Shown in pieces: positions 19,982 through 28,981 of a stretch of DNA of 64,000 nt. The stretch's first letter is position 1. Each line of letters starts with the position of its first letter. The stretch is taken from IMG/VR virus record IMGVR_UViG_3300035698_035307, positions 23,521 to 87,520 of that record, one strand, 5' to 3'. The position numbers were made by a program, and so were the translations under genes. This DNA comes from a virus. Lineage: Duplodnaviria; Heunggongvirae; Uroviricota; Caudoviricetes. The notes beneath the pieces were generated by a model that was not told where the DNA came from, ran no database searches, and saw nothing but the letters and a program-made list of their open reading frames with translations.

Positions 19982-20688
19982 TTTTTTTTATCCTCATCTT
20001 CCTCAGCTTCTTCAGCTGCGGCAGCTTCTTCTTCTTCCTTAAGTTTCTTAGCTTCTGCTTCTTCCTCTAATTTCTTAGATTCTTCAAGTTCTTCTTCTTT
20101 CTTCTTAGCTTCTGCTTCTTCTTCCTCTAATTTCTTAGATTCTTCAAGTTCTTCTTCTTTCTTCTTAGCTTCTGCTTCTTCTTCTTCCTTAAGTTTCTTA
20201 GCTTCTGCTACTTTTTTAGCTTCTAAAGTTTCTTCGTCTTCTTCTTCGTCATCATCATCTGACTTAGTTGCTGCAGCTTTTTCTTCTTCTTCTTTCTTCG
20301 CAGCTGCTTCTTTTTCTTCTTTCTCTTTATCAGCTTCTTCGCCAGATTTTTCAGAACCTTCTTCTTCGTCGTCATCGCCTTTTTTCTTTTCGGCATCTTC
20401 TTCCTCATCAGATTCTTCTTCTTCGTGCTCATCGCCTTCTTCACCTTCTTCTTCCATTTGGCCTACAAATTCTTCAAAAGACATTATCTTATTAAATTCG
20501 TTAAGACTAATTACAGTGTCTGCAGTTTTGTGTGCTACATAAAGTTCAAAGATTTCTTCATTCATATGCTGAACATATAATGATTCTTCTATATTACTTT
20601 CATTCAATGATTTGAACTCATCAAATACTGGTGATTTATTTTCTTTAATACAATTATCGATATAACTGTCAAGTACTTTAATTTCCAT
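19975..20688 (-). CDS. Highly acidic prohead core/scaffold-like protein
   Basis: E/K low-complexity repeats and LNE/IEE sites; lies just downstream of the major capsid gene. ATG 20688 is 24 nt below a GATATATA motif (the track start is a TTG). Confidence 0.7.
   Translation of the reverse strand: MEIKVLDSYIDNCIKENKSPVFDEFKSLNESNIEESLYVQHMNEEIFELYVAHKTADTVISLNEFNKIMSFEEFVGQMEEEGEEGDEHEEEESDEEEDAEKKKGDDDEEEGSEKSGEEADKEKEEKEAAAKKEEEEKAAATKSDDDDEEEDEETLEAKKVAEAKKLKEEEEAEAKKKEEELEESKKLEEEEAEAKKKEEELEESKKLEEEAEAKKLKEEEEAAAAEEAEEDEDKKKV
20038..20200. repeat. Tandem ~60-bp coding repeats (EAKKKEEELEESKKLEEE)
   Basis: Two near-identical copies are flanked by two EAKKLKEEEE units. Confidence 0.85.
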
Positions 20689-20870
20689 ATTGTACAATTT
20701 TTTTCTTTGTTTATATATCTCTGACAAATACTCGAACCATTGTCAAAATTAGCTGAGAACCCAGCTGGTTTATCATGTCTTACTTAAGTTATTACAATAG
20801 AATGAATCTACATCATTGTGCGAACTGACCTAATCAGTCTAATTAGTATTTCAATGGTATCATATAACCC

Positions 20871-20899
20871 AAAAAAAGGAACTCACTAGGAGTTCCTTT
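20871..20899 (-). terminator. Terminator after the major capsid gene
   Basis: 10-bp stem AAAGGAACTC/GAGTTCCTTT followed by a T-run. Confidence 0.85.
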
Positions 20900-20920
20900 A
20901 TAATATAATTAATCAATCGA

Positions 20921-22615
20921 TTAAATCATTTGGAAAGTGCTGAAGTCAACACCGAATGTGTAGTAATATAATTGAGGGTGGAAACCTGCTTCAACTAATG
21001 CATATCTAGACTTGATAGCAATTTTAGGAGCCATTGTTCCTTCTGCAATTGTAGATACTGATTCTGCCATTAAATAAGGCATGAATACAAGACCTGGTGA
21101 ATTACCGTCACCTTTTCTTCCAACTAATACTCTGTTGTCATTCCAACCCATATATGGGTCAACGTATACTGTTACGCCTGCTACTTGTCCTACTGGATAA
21201 AGTGAACCACCTTGTTGATTAAACGTGTTGGCCATTGCGTAAGGTACGAAACCTGAGATATCTTGTAAAGCTGTTGCAACTTGTCCGTTAGTTACTGCGA
21301 AGTTTGCTGCTCCTCTTCTACCTCTGATTGATACAAGGTTACTTGCTGCTAAAATTCTAGAAAGAATTTGTCTTTGAAGTGTTCCTTTGTTATCACCTGC
21401 TGTTGGTGTTGATGCTGGTACATTACCAGTAACTACTGCATTTCCTTCGTTGTCGTTTCCTAATGCGAAAGTTGTAGTACCACCTGTTGCGATGTATAAT
21501 GAAAGCTGAGTGCTATCATAAGCTTCAATCTGGCTATTATTAGTGTTACCTAATGCGAATAATCTGTCTAAGATATTCTTGTTAATTGATTGAGTAAGTT
21601 CGTTAGTAAGAATTGCTTCTACTTGAGCTACTGCGTCAATACCGAATTGTTTTAAATCTTGGATTTGCTCTCTAGTAACTGCTGCTGCTACTTGGAAAGT
21701 TTTAGCTTCAACTGACTTGTTGAATAAACTAAGACCCATAATGTTATCTTGTTGTGATTCACCTTCGCCTCTTGAATAAGGAGAGTTAGAATTAAACGTA
21801 GAACCAGCAAGTCCTGATAATCCGCTACCTGAGAATCCAGTAATATGGTCTTCAAGTGCTTTTACTAATTCAGCTGCACCGTCTATTTCTAGAACATCAG
21901 TTGATGCATTCTGTGTAGTATGGTTAGAGAATAAGCTATTACCTGCTGTAATTGCCATACCTAATGTGTCGTTAGGAGTTGCAAGACCTTTAGCATAAGT
22001 AGTTGCAGCAACACCTGTTGAAGTTTCTACTTTAAAGATTGGATAGTTATCAATTCTAGAGTTACCTACAAAGGTTAATCTGAATGTTGCAGTTGTTGAA
22101 CCAGCTGCTATTTGTGTGTATGCTACATCACCTTCTGCTAATGCCGCTGCTCCAGTTGATGCTGTTGCTGGGAATTTAACTAATAATGGTGCTTCAGTTC
22201 CATCAGTTCCACCTGTTACAGCGCCGATAGTACCACCTGCATATACAAAGTCTAAATAAGTCATCATTCCAAGAGGACCACTCATTGGAATAACAGGTAC
22301 TAAATCAAGTCCAATAGTTTGTGCTGCTACTTGCAATGCAAGTGGAAGTAAACTATAAGCTTTGTCACCAGAACCAGTTGTTTGGCTAGTGAATGCATTT
22401 TGTGTACCTGGGTCACCTGGAAGTGTTACTGGTCCCATACCTGGAACGTTCATACCTGGATTAAGGTGTACTAAGTTGTTCGCATCTTCGTAAAGATTGT
22501 GAAAGTGAGCGTATTTCGACATCCAACCAAGTTTATTAGCGTCTTCAACGCCAGTTGCTTCCTTGATAATAGGAGTCCATGTTGCTCTAACTTCTGCTTC
22601 GTTTATAAGTTTCAT
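20921..22615 (-). CDS. gp23: Major capsid protein
   Basis: 564 aa with TIGLDLVPVIPMSGP, EINQSIN-like ELTQSINK, GLVFMPY, PKIAIKSRYAL. Confidence 0.95.
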   Translation of the reverse strand: MKLINEAEVRATWTPIIKEATGVEDANKLGWMSKYAHFHNLYEDANNLVHLNPGMNVPGMGPVTLPGDPGTQNAFTSQTTGSGDKAYSLLPLALQVAAQTIGLDLVPVIPMSGPLGMMTYLDFVYAGGTIGAVTGGTDGTEAPLLVKFPATASTGAAALAEGDVAYTQIAAGSTTATFRLTFVGNSRIDNYPIFKVETSTGVAATTYAKGLATPNDTLGMAITAGNSLFSNHTTQNASTDVLEIDGAAELVKALEDHITGFSGSGLSGLAGSTFNSNSPYSRGEGESQQDNIMGLSLFNKSVEAKTFQVAAAVTREQIQDLKQFGIDAVAQVEAILTNELTQSINKNILDRLFALGNTNNSQIEAYDSTQLSLYIATGGTTTFALGNDNEGNAVVTGNVPASTPTAGDNKGTLQRQILSRILAASNLVSIRGRRGAANFAVTNGQVATALQDISGFVPYAMANTFNQQGGSLYPVGQVAGVTVYVDPYMGWNDNRVLVGRKGDGNSPGLVFMPYLMAESVSTIAEGTMAPKIAIKSRYALVEAGFHPQLYYYTFGVDFSTFQMI

Positions 22616-22663
22616 GTGTATTTTTACTTTTTTTCTTTTTCGTTTGTTTTTTTCGAATGGCTT

Positions 22664-24493
22664 TTAATATTTACCATTCATTCTTTTAACAGATTGGATT
22701 ATATATTGCGCTTTCGATTCGTCAATTGCGGTATTTTCAACTTTCGCTGTAGTTTTACTTTCATTAACTTTCTCAATTACAATAGAAACATCTCTTAAAT
22801 CTCTTGTTTGCCAGAAATTATCAATCTGGTACTGAGTGTCTAATTTTGAGTATTTCGATTCGGCTATAATCTGATTCTTTTTAGCTTCGCTTAATTTATC
22901 CCATGTTTCACGGTATTCTGTTCCCATGTCTCTGATAAATCCAAGACCATCATTCTTTTCCTCTGGCTTAATTGCCGTTTCATAAATCTGTTCTACTTGT
23001 TCTTTATTAAAGTAGTTCTTGCCTTCAAACGCCTTTACAACGACGGTTTGTTTTTCTGCATCAAGTGCATAAAATCCGTCTTGCTTCTCTTTTGGTAAAA
23101 ATTGCATGAAATGCATTGTACCTTCTACTGTTTGCTTCTTAGCAGATTCGAGAATCATATTTAATTTTTCTGAAATTTCTTCTTTATAATCTTTTGGTTT
23201 AGTTTCCACTTTTGTATCGTTTGTGTTCGTATTAGTATTCGCATTCTCTTCAACATGAACTGCTGCAGATTTGTTTACGAATTTGTTGAATTTTTCTCCA
23301 ACTGTATTTGAATAGTTACCAACGTTCTCAAGATTACCTTTAAGGTATTCGGTATAGTTAACGTGCTTGTTAAAACCTTCACCTAAATAGTTTGTATATT
23401 TAGCTAAATCATTTGAACTTTCACCTATATATTTTGAGTATTCTTTTATTTGGTTTGCTCCAGTTGCTACGTGCTCAATATACTTAATTGCTTTTTCTAA
23501 TTCTGCACCTTGATACTCACCAAAGTTAATACCTTGATTAGTCTTTTCTGCAACGTGGTTTAAATGTTTTACTACGGTTTCTAATGTTTCGCTTAAGTAA
23601 TTGCTAAATTCTACAGATTTGTTAGCACCTTCGCCAACATGTCCTGAATAATCTTTAACTTTATTTAAACCTTCAGTAAGATAATTGTTATGACTAACTA
23701 ATTTATCTACGTTACCACCGATATAGTTAACATATTCAAATAATTGATTAACCTTCTGTGCTATTGCTTCAGAATATTCAATACCTGATTCTGTTTTGGT
23801 TTCTTTCAGTGCACCTTTTAAACCAGTGATTTCTTCTGAAATATATTTTGACCATTTTTCAAAATCCGGAGTTGAAACAAATTTATTATCTTCCATGTTC
23901 TCAGGGTTATTTTCTTTAATATATGTATCGCGGAAAAAGTCTTCTGGTACTTCAAAAACATGAACGTTATCATCATTTGTAAAACCGTACTGCTCATTCA
24001 CTCTTTTCAGCTGTGCATTTGCAAATCCAGGGTCAGCAACTAAGTCATAAGTAAATAATTTCTTAATTCTAACGTGTCCATTAGATTCTACAACACCTGC
24101 TGCTCTAGATGAGATATGAAGTGGTACGCCACCTTCTGCAAGTGCTTGGGCTTCTTTACCATGTGTAGTATCCAGTAATCTGATTCTTCCTAATACTTGT
24201 TTAGATTCTTTATCGTATTCTAGTTTCTCTATAACGTGTGAAGCTTTTGATAAAGAAACGTCAAAGTTTTGTGGATGGTCTAATTCACCTAATAATGTTC
24301 CAGCGCCAATTTTCTCTTGTAAGCCTTCAATCTGTGGTAAATATTCTGATTCATCATATATTCTTCCGTTCTTATTCTTGACTCCTATTTCGCCAAAAAT
24401 ACCTTCAAACACATAATTACCATTTTCATCCTTCTGTACCTGTACAGCAGGAGCTGTCTCTAAAATTAGAAGGTGTTTTAATTGTTCTGACAT
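22664..24493 (-). CDS. gp21: Prohead protease fused to a scaffold-like coiled coil
   Basis: The first ~170 aa carry NKNGRIY, GELDHP, SHVI, ISSRAAG and DLVADPG. The remainder is a 14-residue-periodic helical region. Confidence 0.9.
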   Translation of the reverse strand: MSEQLKHLLILETAPAVQVQKDENGNYVFEGIFGEIGVKNKNGRIYDESEYLPQIEGLQEKIGAGTLLGELDHPQNFDVSLSKASHVIEKLEYDKESKQVLGRIRLLDTTHGKEAQALAEGGVPLHISSRAAGVVESNGHVRIKKLFTYDLVADPGFANAQLKRVNEQYGFTNDDNVHVFEVPEDFFRDTYIKENNPENMEDNKFVSTPDFEKWSKYISEEITGLKGALKETKTESGIEYSEAIAQKVNQLFEYVNYIGGNVDKLVSHNNYLTEGLNKVKDYSGHVGEGANKSVEFSNYLSETLETVVKHLNHVAEKTNQGINFGEYQGAELEKAIKYIEHVATGANQIKEYSKYIGESSNDLAKYTNYLGEGFNKHVNYTEYLKGNLENVGNYSNTVGEKFNKFVNKSAAVHVEENANTNTNTNDTKVETKPKDYKEEISEKLNMILESAKKQTVEGTMHFMQFLPKEKQDGFYALDAEKQTVVVKAFEGKNYFNKEQVEQIYETAIKPEEKNDGLGFIRDMGTEYRETWDKLSEAKKNQIIAESKYSKLDTQYQIDNFWQTRDLRDVSIVIEKVNESKTTAKVENTAIDESKAQYIIQSVKRMNGKY

Positions 24494-24563
24494 ATATGTA
24501 GATTAATTTTTTTTTATATATTTATATATCTTGCGAAAAACTTAGTGCATTTCGCACAAGATA

Positions 24564-26135
24564 TTAAAAATCAATATCGTCTTCGCTTCCGTCGCCTGCA
24601 TCATCTGCTTTTTTCTTCTTTATGGCTGCGTTTTTCTCTAAATCAGCTGGGGCCATTTTTAAGAATCGTTTGATTAAAAAGTCGAGGTCGAAGTAAGGTA
24701 CGTCATTCATATCTTCATCAGTTTCAACTAAACTGTCTCTCATTGTAGATATAAAATCAACTCTCTTCTCGAAGATTTCCATTTCTTTTAATTCAGCGAA
24801 CATGTTTTCTTCATTGAATTGAAGTGCTACGCTAGTTTGAAATGCTGAGTCTTGTTTAAGTTCAGGAAATTTAAGTGCCATCTGTAAAAATAAAGGCTTA
24901 ACTAATATCTCTTGGAAACTTGAACGAAGTCTTCTTATAAATTTAGCAAATTTTATTTCTTCTCTTATTAAACCATCTGCTGACATTTCGTAAGTTGCTG
25001 GGCTTTCTGTATCGAATCTACTGAAAGGAATTTTAGAAGCTAACTTTAACTTATCATCAAAATATTTTAGTGCATCAGTGTCACTTAAGTCTGGACCTTC
25101 ATTTGCTAGTGTTTCAATTTCAGGAGAATCTCCATCTTTTTGTGGTAACCAATATTCTTTATTGAACTGCATCATTGGCTTACCATTTACTTTAAGGTCA
25201 GCTGATTCAAAATCGAAGTCAACCACCTCTCTATAATTCTGCATTAACTGAGCTAACGATTGTTTCGCTCTAGTTTTAGATTTACCACCTACTGGAATAA
25301 TAAACTTCATCTTGAAAGAAGCATTTGTCACAGCCCATATAACACGAGTGTGTTCCATTATTCTTAATAAGTTGAATGAACGTACTAAACGTTCTACATA
25401 GCTTACTCTAGAAGCTGTTGTAATAGAACCGTAAGATAAGTATATGATTTGTGAATCAAACATCATTCTCTCTTTTCCTGGTACATCTTTAAACTGATAC
25501 CAAACTTTCTTATTGGTTTGTTTATCTACTCCTGGTACAAGTGTAACTGCATCAAGTTCTTTAAAACCAATAATCTCATCTTGCTTATCATTGTAGATAA
25601 TTTCAAATGCAAGGTAGCCGTCGATTAACCACTTTCTAAAGTAGTACCATGCTGACTGGTCTTGATTGAAACCAAAATATTGGTAAATGTTATTAAATGC
25701 TTTGTTCATGTACTTCTCAACGTTCTCAGGAACATCAAGGTTTAATAAGTCGCCATAAGCAAAGTAATTCTTACTGTCGTATACTATTGTCTCATCACAA
25801 AGCGTATCAAGGATGTCCTCGATTTCATCTTGCATTGAGAATATTCTAAGTTGTTCTCTTTTTTCTTGGTAGTCTCTATCAAAGAAGCCAATTTTCTTCT
25901 TAAAAGAAATATCACTCATTGAAAGGGCCGCAAATGGGTACCATAAGTCATCATCTGCTACGCCAAATGGATTTATATTCGTATATCCAATTTGGTCTTC
26001 TATAATACCAATACCTTGAGAATTACGAATAACCATGTCATCGTATTTCATTCCGAATGAACTTAAATCTTGTAAGGATTTCGAAATTTTTGTAGGAGCG
26101 CTGAACGGTCCAAATCTATCTAACCAACCTGGCAT
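24564..26135 (-). CDS. gp20: Portal protein
   Basis: 523 aa with WLIDG, SYVERLVR, RVIWA, YWLPQKDG...EIETL and KIPFSR. Confidence 0.93.
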   Translation of the reverse strand: MPGWLDRFGPFSAPTKISKSLQDLSSFGMKYDDMVIRNSQGIGIIEDQIGYTNINPFGVADDDLWYPFAALSMSDISFKKKIGFFDRDYQEKREQLRIFSMQDEIEDILDTLCDETIVYDSKNYFAYGDLLNLDVPENVEKYMNKAFNNIYQYFGFNQDQSAWYYFRKWLIDGYLAFEIIYNDKQDEIIGFKELDAVTLVPGVDKQTNKKVWYQFKDVPGKERMMFDSQIIYLSYGSITTASRVSYVERLVRSFNLLRIMEHTRVIWAVTNASFKMKFIIPVGGKSKTRAKQSLAQLMQNYREVVDFDFESADLKVNGKPMMQFNKEYWLPQKDGDSPEIETLANEGPDLSDTDALKYFDDKLKLASKIPFSRFDTESPATYEMSADGLIREEIKFAKFIRRLRSSFQEILVKPLFLQMALKFPELKQDSAFQTSVALQFNEENMFAELKEMEIFEKRVDFISTMRDSLVETDEDMNDVPYFDLDFLIKRFLKMAPADLEKNAAIKKKKADDAGDGSEDDIDF

Positions 26136-26177
26136 ATCTTTTTATTTTTTAATTATTATTGTTCTTTTTATATATCA

Positions 26178-27341
26178 TTAGAAAAGTTTTTTAAAGTTCT
26201 CAGCTTCAAGTTCATTCTTTTTGTCACCAACTGCTTTACCTTTAATACCATATTCTTTCATTACTTCATTTCCTTTAACTGTAGGCTTGAATTTTAAGAA
26301 TGCTTTAACCATCTTTAGATTCATATTATTCCATTTTGCAAAGGTCATTAAATCTTGTGGGCCGATTTTGTTAACACCTGCCTGCGCAATCTTCCACTTG
26401 TTCTCAACAGCTAGGACTGTCTCTGGTGTCAGGTTCATAAACTCCTTAAGGAATATAATATCTCGAGTCTCATCTGCACCATACTTATGCTTTGTCATCT
26501 TCTTTATCAGATTATCATCATTCATTCTAACTAACTGAGCAAGATTGATAATCCACTTGTTTGAATTAACAAAATTGAAGTCAATATCATACCCTGGTAA
26601 TATCATTGGGAAGAATCCATAGTCTTTTAATAATCGAAGTGGGTGTGTAGTATCTTTAGCCTTAGAAATAGTTTTCTTAAACTCATCACGAATCCTTTCA
26701 GGAGAAACTCCATCTAAACTATTGTCAGCCTTTAGAGCTGATTCAATTGCCTTATCTGGTTTAGAACCAGCAACACCGGCAAATCTAATTGCTCTTAGTT
26801 TTCTAAGTGGGTCTTCATCGAATCTAGCTTTTGCATCTCCAACAGTTCTGATTTTATTATTCTCTAAATCTTTTACACCGCCGACAAGGTCTACGATTTC
26901 TTGAGTTTCAATATCATAGAACAAAGCGTTAATAGTTAAGTCTCTTCTTAAAACATCTTTATCGATTGTAGAATACTTAACGCCACCATCTGGTCTACGA
27001 CCTTTACCTAAATCTTCTCTGAATGTTGCAATCTCAAATGGTTCGCCATTGATTATTGCAATTGTCACACCTAAATCTTTAGATTTTCCACCGTCTATAG
27101 TTTTGTACTTACCTGCAATTATCTTATCTACTTGAGCAGGTGTTGCATCAGTAGCTACATCATAGTCTTTAGGTTTCTTACCTAATAAAGCATCACGAAC
27201 TGCTCCACCTACTACGTATAATTTGAATCCACTTTTCTTGAATAATTTATGAAGTTCCATCACTTCACTAGGTAAATTCAATTTGAATTTCTGTGCTGCT
27301 TCTATAAGCAGATTATATTCTTTAAATCCTTTTACTTTCAT
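26178..27341 (-). CDS. cca: CCA-adding enzyme / poly(A) polymerase family nucleotidyltransferase (class II)
   Basis: VGGAVRD, DYDVAT, EIATFR, RRDLTINAL, RFDEDPLRKLRAIRF and SPERIRDE motifs. No HD motif seen. Confidence 0.9.
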   Translation of the reverse strand: MKVKGFKEYNLLIEAAQKFKLNLPSEVMELHKLFKKSGFKLYVVGGAVRDALLGKKPKDYDVATDATPAQVDKIIAGKYKTIDGGKSKDLGVTIAIINGEPFEIATFREDLGKGRRPDGGVKYSTIDKDVLRRDLTINALFYDIETQEIVDLVGGVKDLENNKIRTVGDAKARFDEDPLRKLRAIRFAGVAGSKPDKAIESALKADNSLDGVSPERIRDEFKKTISKAKDTTHPLRLLKDYGFFPMILPGYDIDFNFVNSNKWIINLAQLVRMNDDNLIKKMTKHKYGADETRDIIFLKEFMNLTPETVLAVENKWKIAQAGVNKIGPQDLMTFAKWNNMNLKMVKAFLKFKPTVKGNEVMKEYGIKGKAVGDKKNELEAENFKKLF

Positions 27342-27910
27342 TTCTTAAGTCCTTTATTTATTTCTGCTACATTTAAGTATGTTACCTTTGGCCATGAGTC
27401 ATATGATAGAACATATTGTTCCGACTTTCTACCAGTTATATATGTTCTTACTGAATGATTAAAACCTACTCTTGATAAAACTCTTACTAAGTTATTATAA
27501 TATAAACCTATTACTTGAGCTTGTGCTTTTGCATTTCCTTTGTTTCTACCTCGAATAGCAGCCTTGATATTAACAGCATAAGCTTCCATTATTTTATCCA
27601 TGATTTTTAATCTAAGCTGGTTTGGTAGAAAATTAAGATTTATTCCAATATCGTTCCCATGGTCATCTTGTCCCATTGAAAGAACAACTGGATTTGCATC
27701 CCATGATTTCATATTCTTTATCGTCTTTGGGTCAACATATTTGAACATGTATATCTTACCTCGTTTAAATCTTTCATTAGTCTTAACTAACGTTGTATCT
27801 TTTGAATCTCGTTTAGCTTTGATGTACCAAATTTCAGCATCTCTTATTGCTTTACCTTGGCCACCAGCCTCTTTGATTTCTTTTCTTATTAAGTCTTTTA
27901 ATAATGTCAT
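27338..27910 (-). CDS. gp2: DNA end protector protein
   Basis: GKIYMFKYVDPK...NPVV...GINLNFLP...R; adjacent to gp4. Confidence 0.75.
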   Translation of the reverse strand: MTLLKDLIRKEIKEAGGQGKAIRDAEIWYIKAKRDSKDTTLVKTNERFKRGKIYMFKYVDPKTIKNMKSWDANPVVLSMGQDDHGNDIGINLNFLPNQLRLKIMDKIMEAYAVNIKAAIRGRNKGNAKAQAQVIGLYYNNLVRVLSRVGFNHSVRTYITGRKSEQYVLSYDSWPKVTYLNVAEINKGLKK

Positions 27911-28386
27911 GATTTAAGAAATTTTTCGGTTACAATTATAAACTCCCACCCTCTTTCTCGAGCATACAATGTAGCAGCTCGAGATTTAAAGAAGTTTCTG
28001 ATATAAGTTTCGACTGCATACTTATAGTTTTTAACTGCTTGTGTAGTCTTACGTTTTGGTGGTTTTGGTTTAAGTGTTTCTCTATAAGGTTTAACCTCAA
28101 CGAGATAACTTATCTTATTCCCAGAAGGCTTCTTTACTTTCATATAGAAGTCTGGGAAATAGTCATGATATTTTTTATCTCTTGGATTATAGTAACGAAC
28201 TTTGATAGGTTCAGAAGCCCATTCAATAATATTGTCTGTGTTATCACAGTACATACAAAATTTAGTTTCCCAACTACTTCTACAAATTATAGGATATGGT
28301 CCAATATATTTGGCCGGCCTTTTTGGTTGAAAGTAACTCTGTTTCCACTTTGATTTTTTTGAAGGTCTGTTCCTTTTTATGTTCAT
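27907..28386 (-). CDS. gp4: Head completion nuclease (TnsA-like)
   Basis: CRSSWE, EWASEP, YFPDF, YLVEVKP and GWEFIIVTE motifs. Confidence 0.9.
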   Translation of the reverse strand: MNIKRNRPSKKSKWKQSYFQPKRPAKYIGPYPIICRSSWETKFCMYCDNTDNIIEWASEPIKVRYYNPRDKKYHDYFPDFYMKVKKPSGNKISYLVEVKPYRETLKPKPPKRKTTQAVKNYKYAVETYIRNFFKSRAATLYARERGWEFIIVTEKFLKS

Positions 28387-28856
28387 AGACTATATATCCC
28401 ATCAGAAGAATCGCTACCGTATCCAGTGCTATCTAAGCTAATGGTTCCAGCATATTTCTTTGGGTATAATTTGTTCCAGCCTTTTGCTGCACCTTTTTTA
28501 GCTATCTCTGTATAATATGCAAAGGCATTCTTATATTTAGGATTAAATCCATTCCAATATTTTAAAAGGTCTAATTTAGCTGAGGATGCGCAATCTTCTT
28601 TATCTGCGACTTTAACATAAGCAAGTTTTCTTGATACACCATCTGCAATAAGCATCAATAGTGTAACTGCTCTGTTAGTTAATTTACCTTGTTCTTTAGA
28701 TAAAACTATCTCCGCATAAAGTTCTTTGTTATTAACGGGTATATCCTTCTTTTTTCTCTTTTTCGGTACTTTCTTTACTGCTGGTTTCTTCGCGGCAGTT
28801 TTTTTCTTACTAGCTGCTTTAACTTGTTTCTTATCAGTTGTTTGTTTTTTAGCCAT
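28383..28856 (-). CDS. gp55: Late-transcription sigma factor
   Basis: VNNKELY, KEDC, FNPKYKNAFAYYTEIA. Confidence 0.85.
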   Translation of the reverse strand: MAKKQTTDKKQVKAASKKKTAAKKPAVKKVPKKRKKKDIPVNNKELYAEIVLSKEQGKLTNRAVTLLMLIADGVSRKLAYVKVADKEDCASSAKLDLLKYWNGFNPKYKNAFAYYTEIAKKGAAKGWNKLYPKKYAGTISLDSTGYGSDSSDGIYSL

Positions 28857-28981
28857 TCTGTTTCGTTTTTTAGAATATGTAAGTTATATCGTTGGTACTG
28901 CGATAGTTTCAGGGTTTTTACCCACAAAACTGCCGGCGATATGCCGGCAGTTACTTTTTATAAATTTGTTATGTTTGGGCC

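Noticed and set aside
20038-20200. Repeats as a CRISPR array
   Set aside because: These are in-frame coding repeats with no unique spacers; the same applies to 29163-29380.
20736-20858. tRNA gene
   Set aside because: Cloverleaf-like but 123 nt long with no T-loop consensus or CCA end; kept only as an ncRNA candidate.
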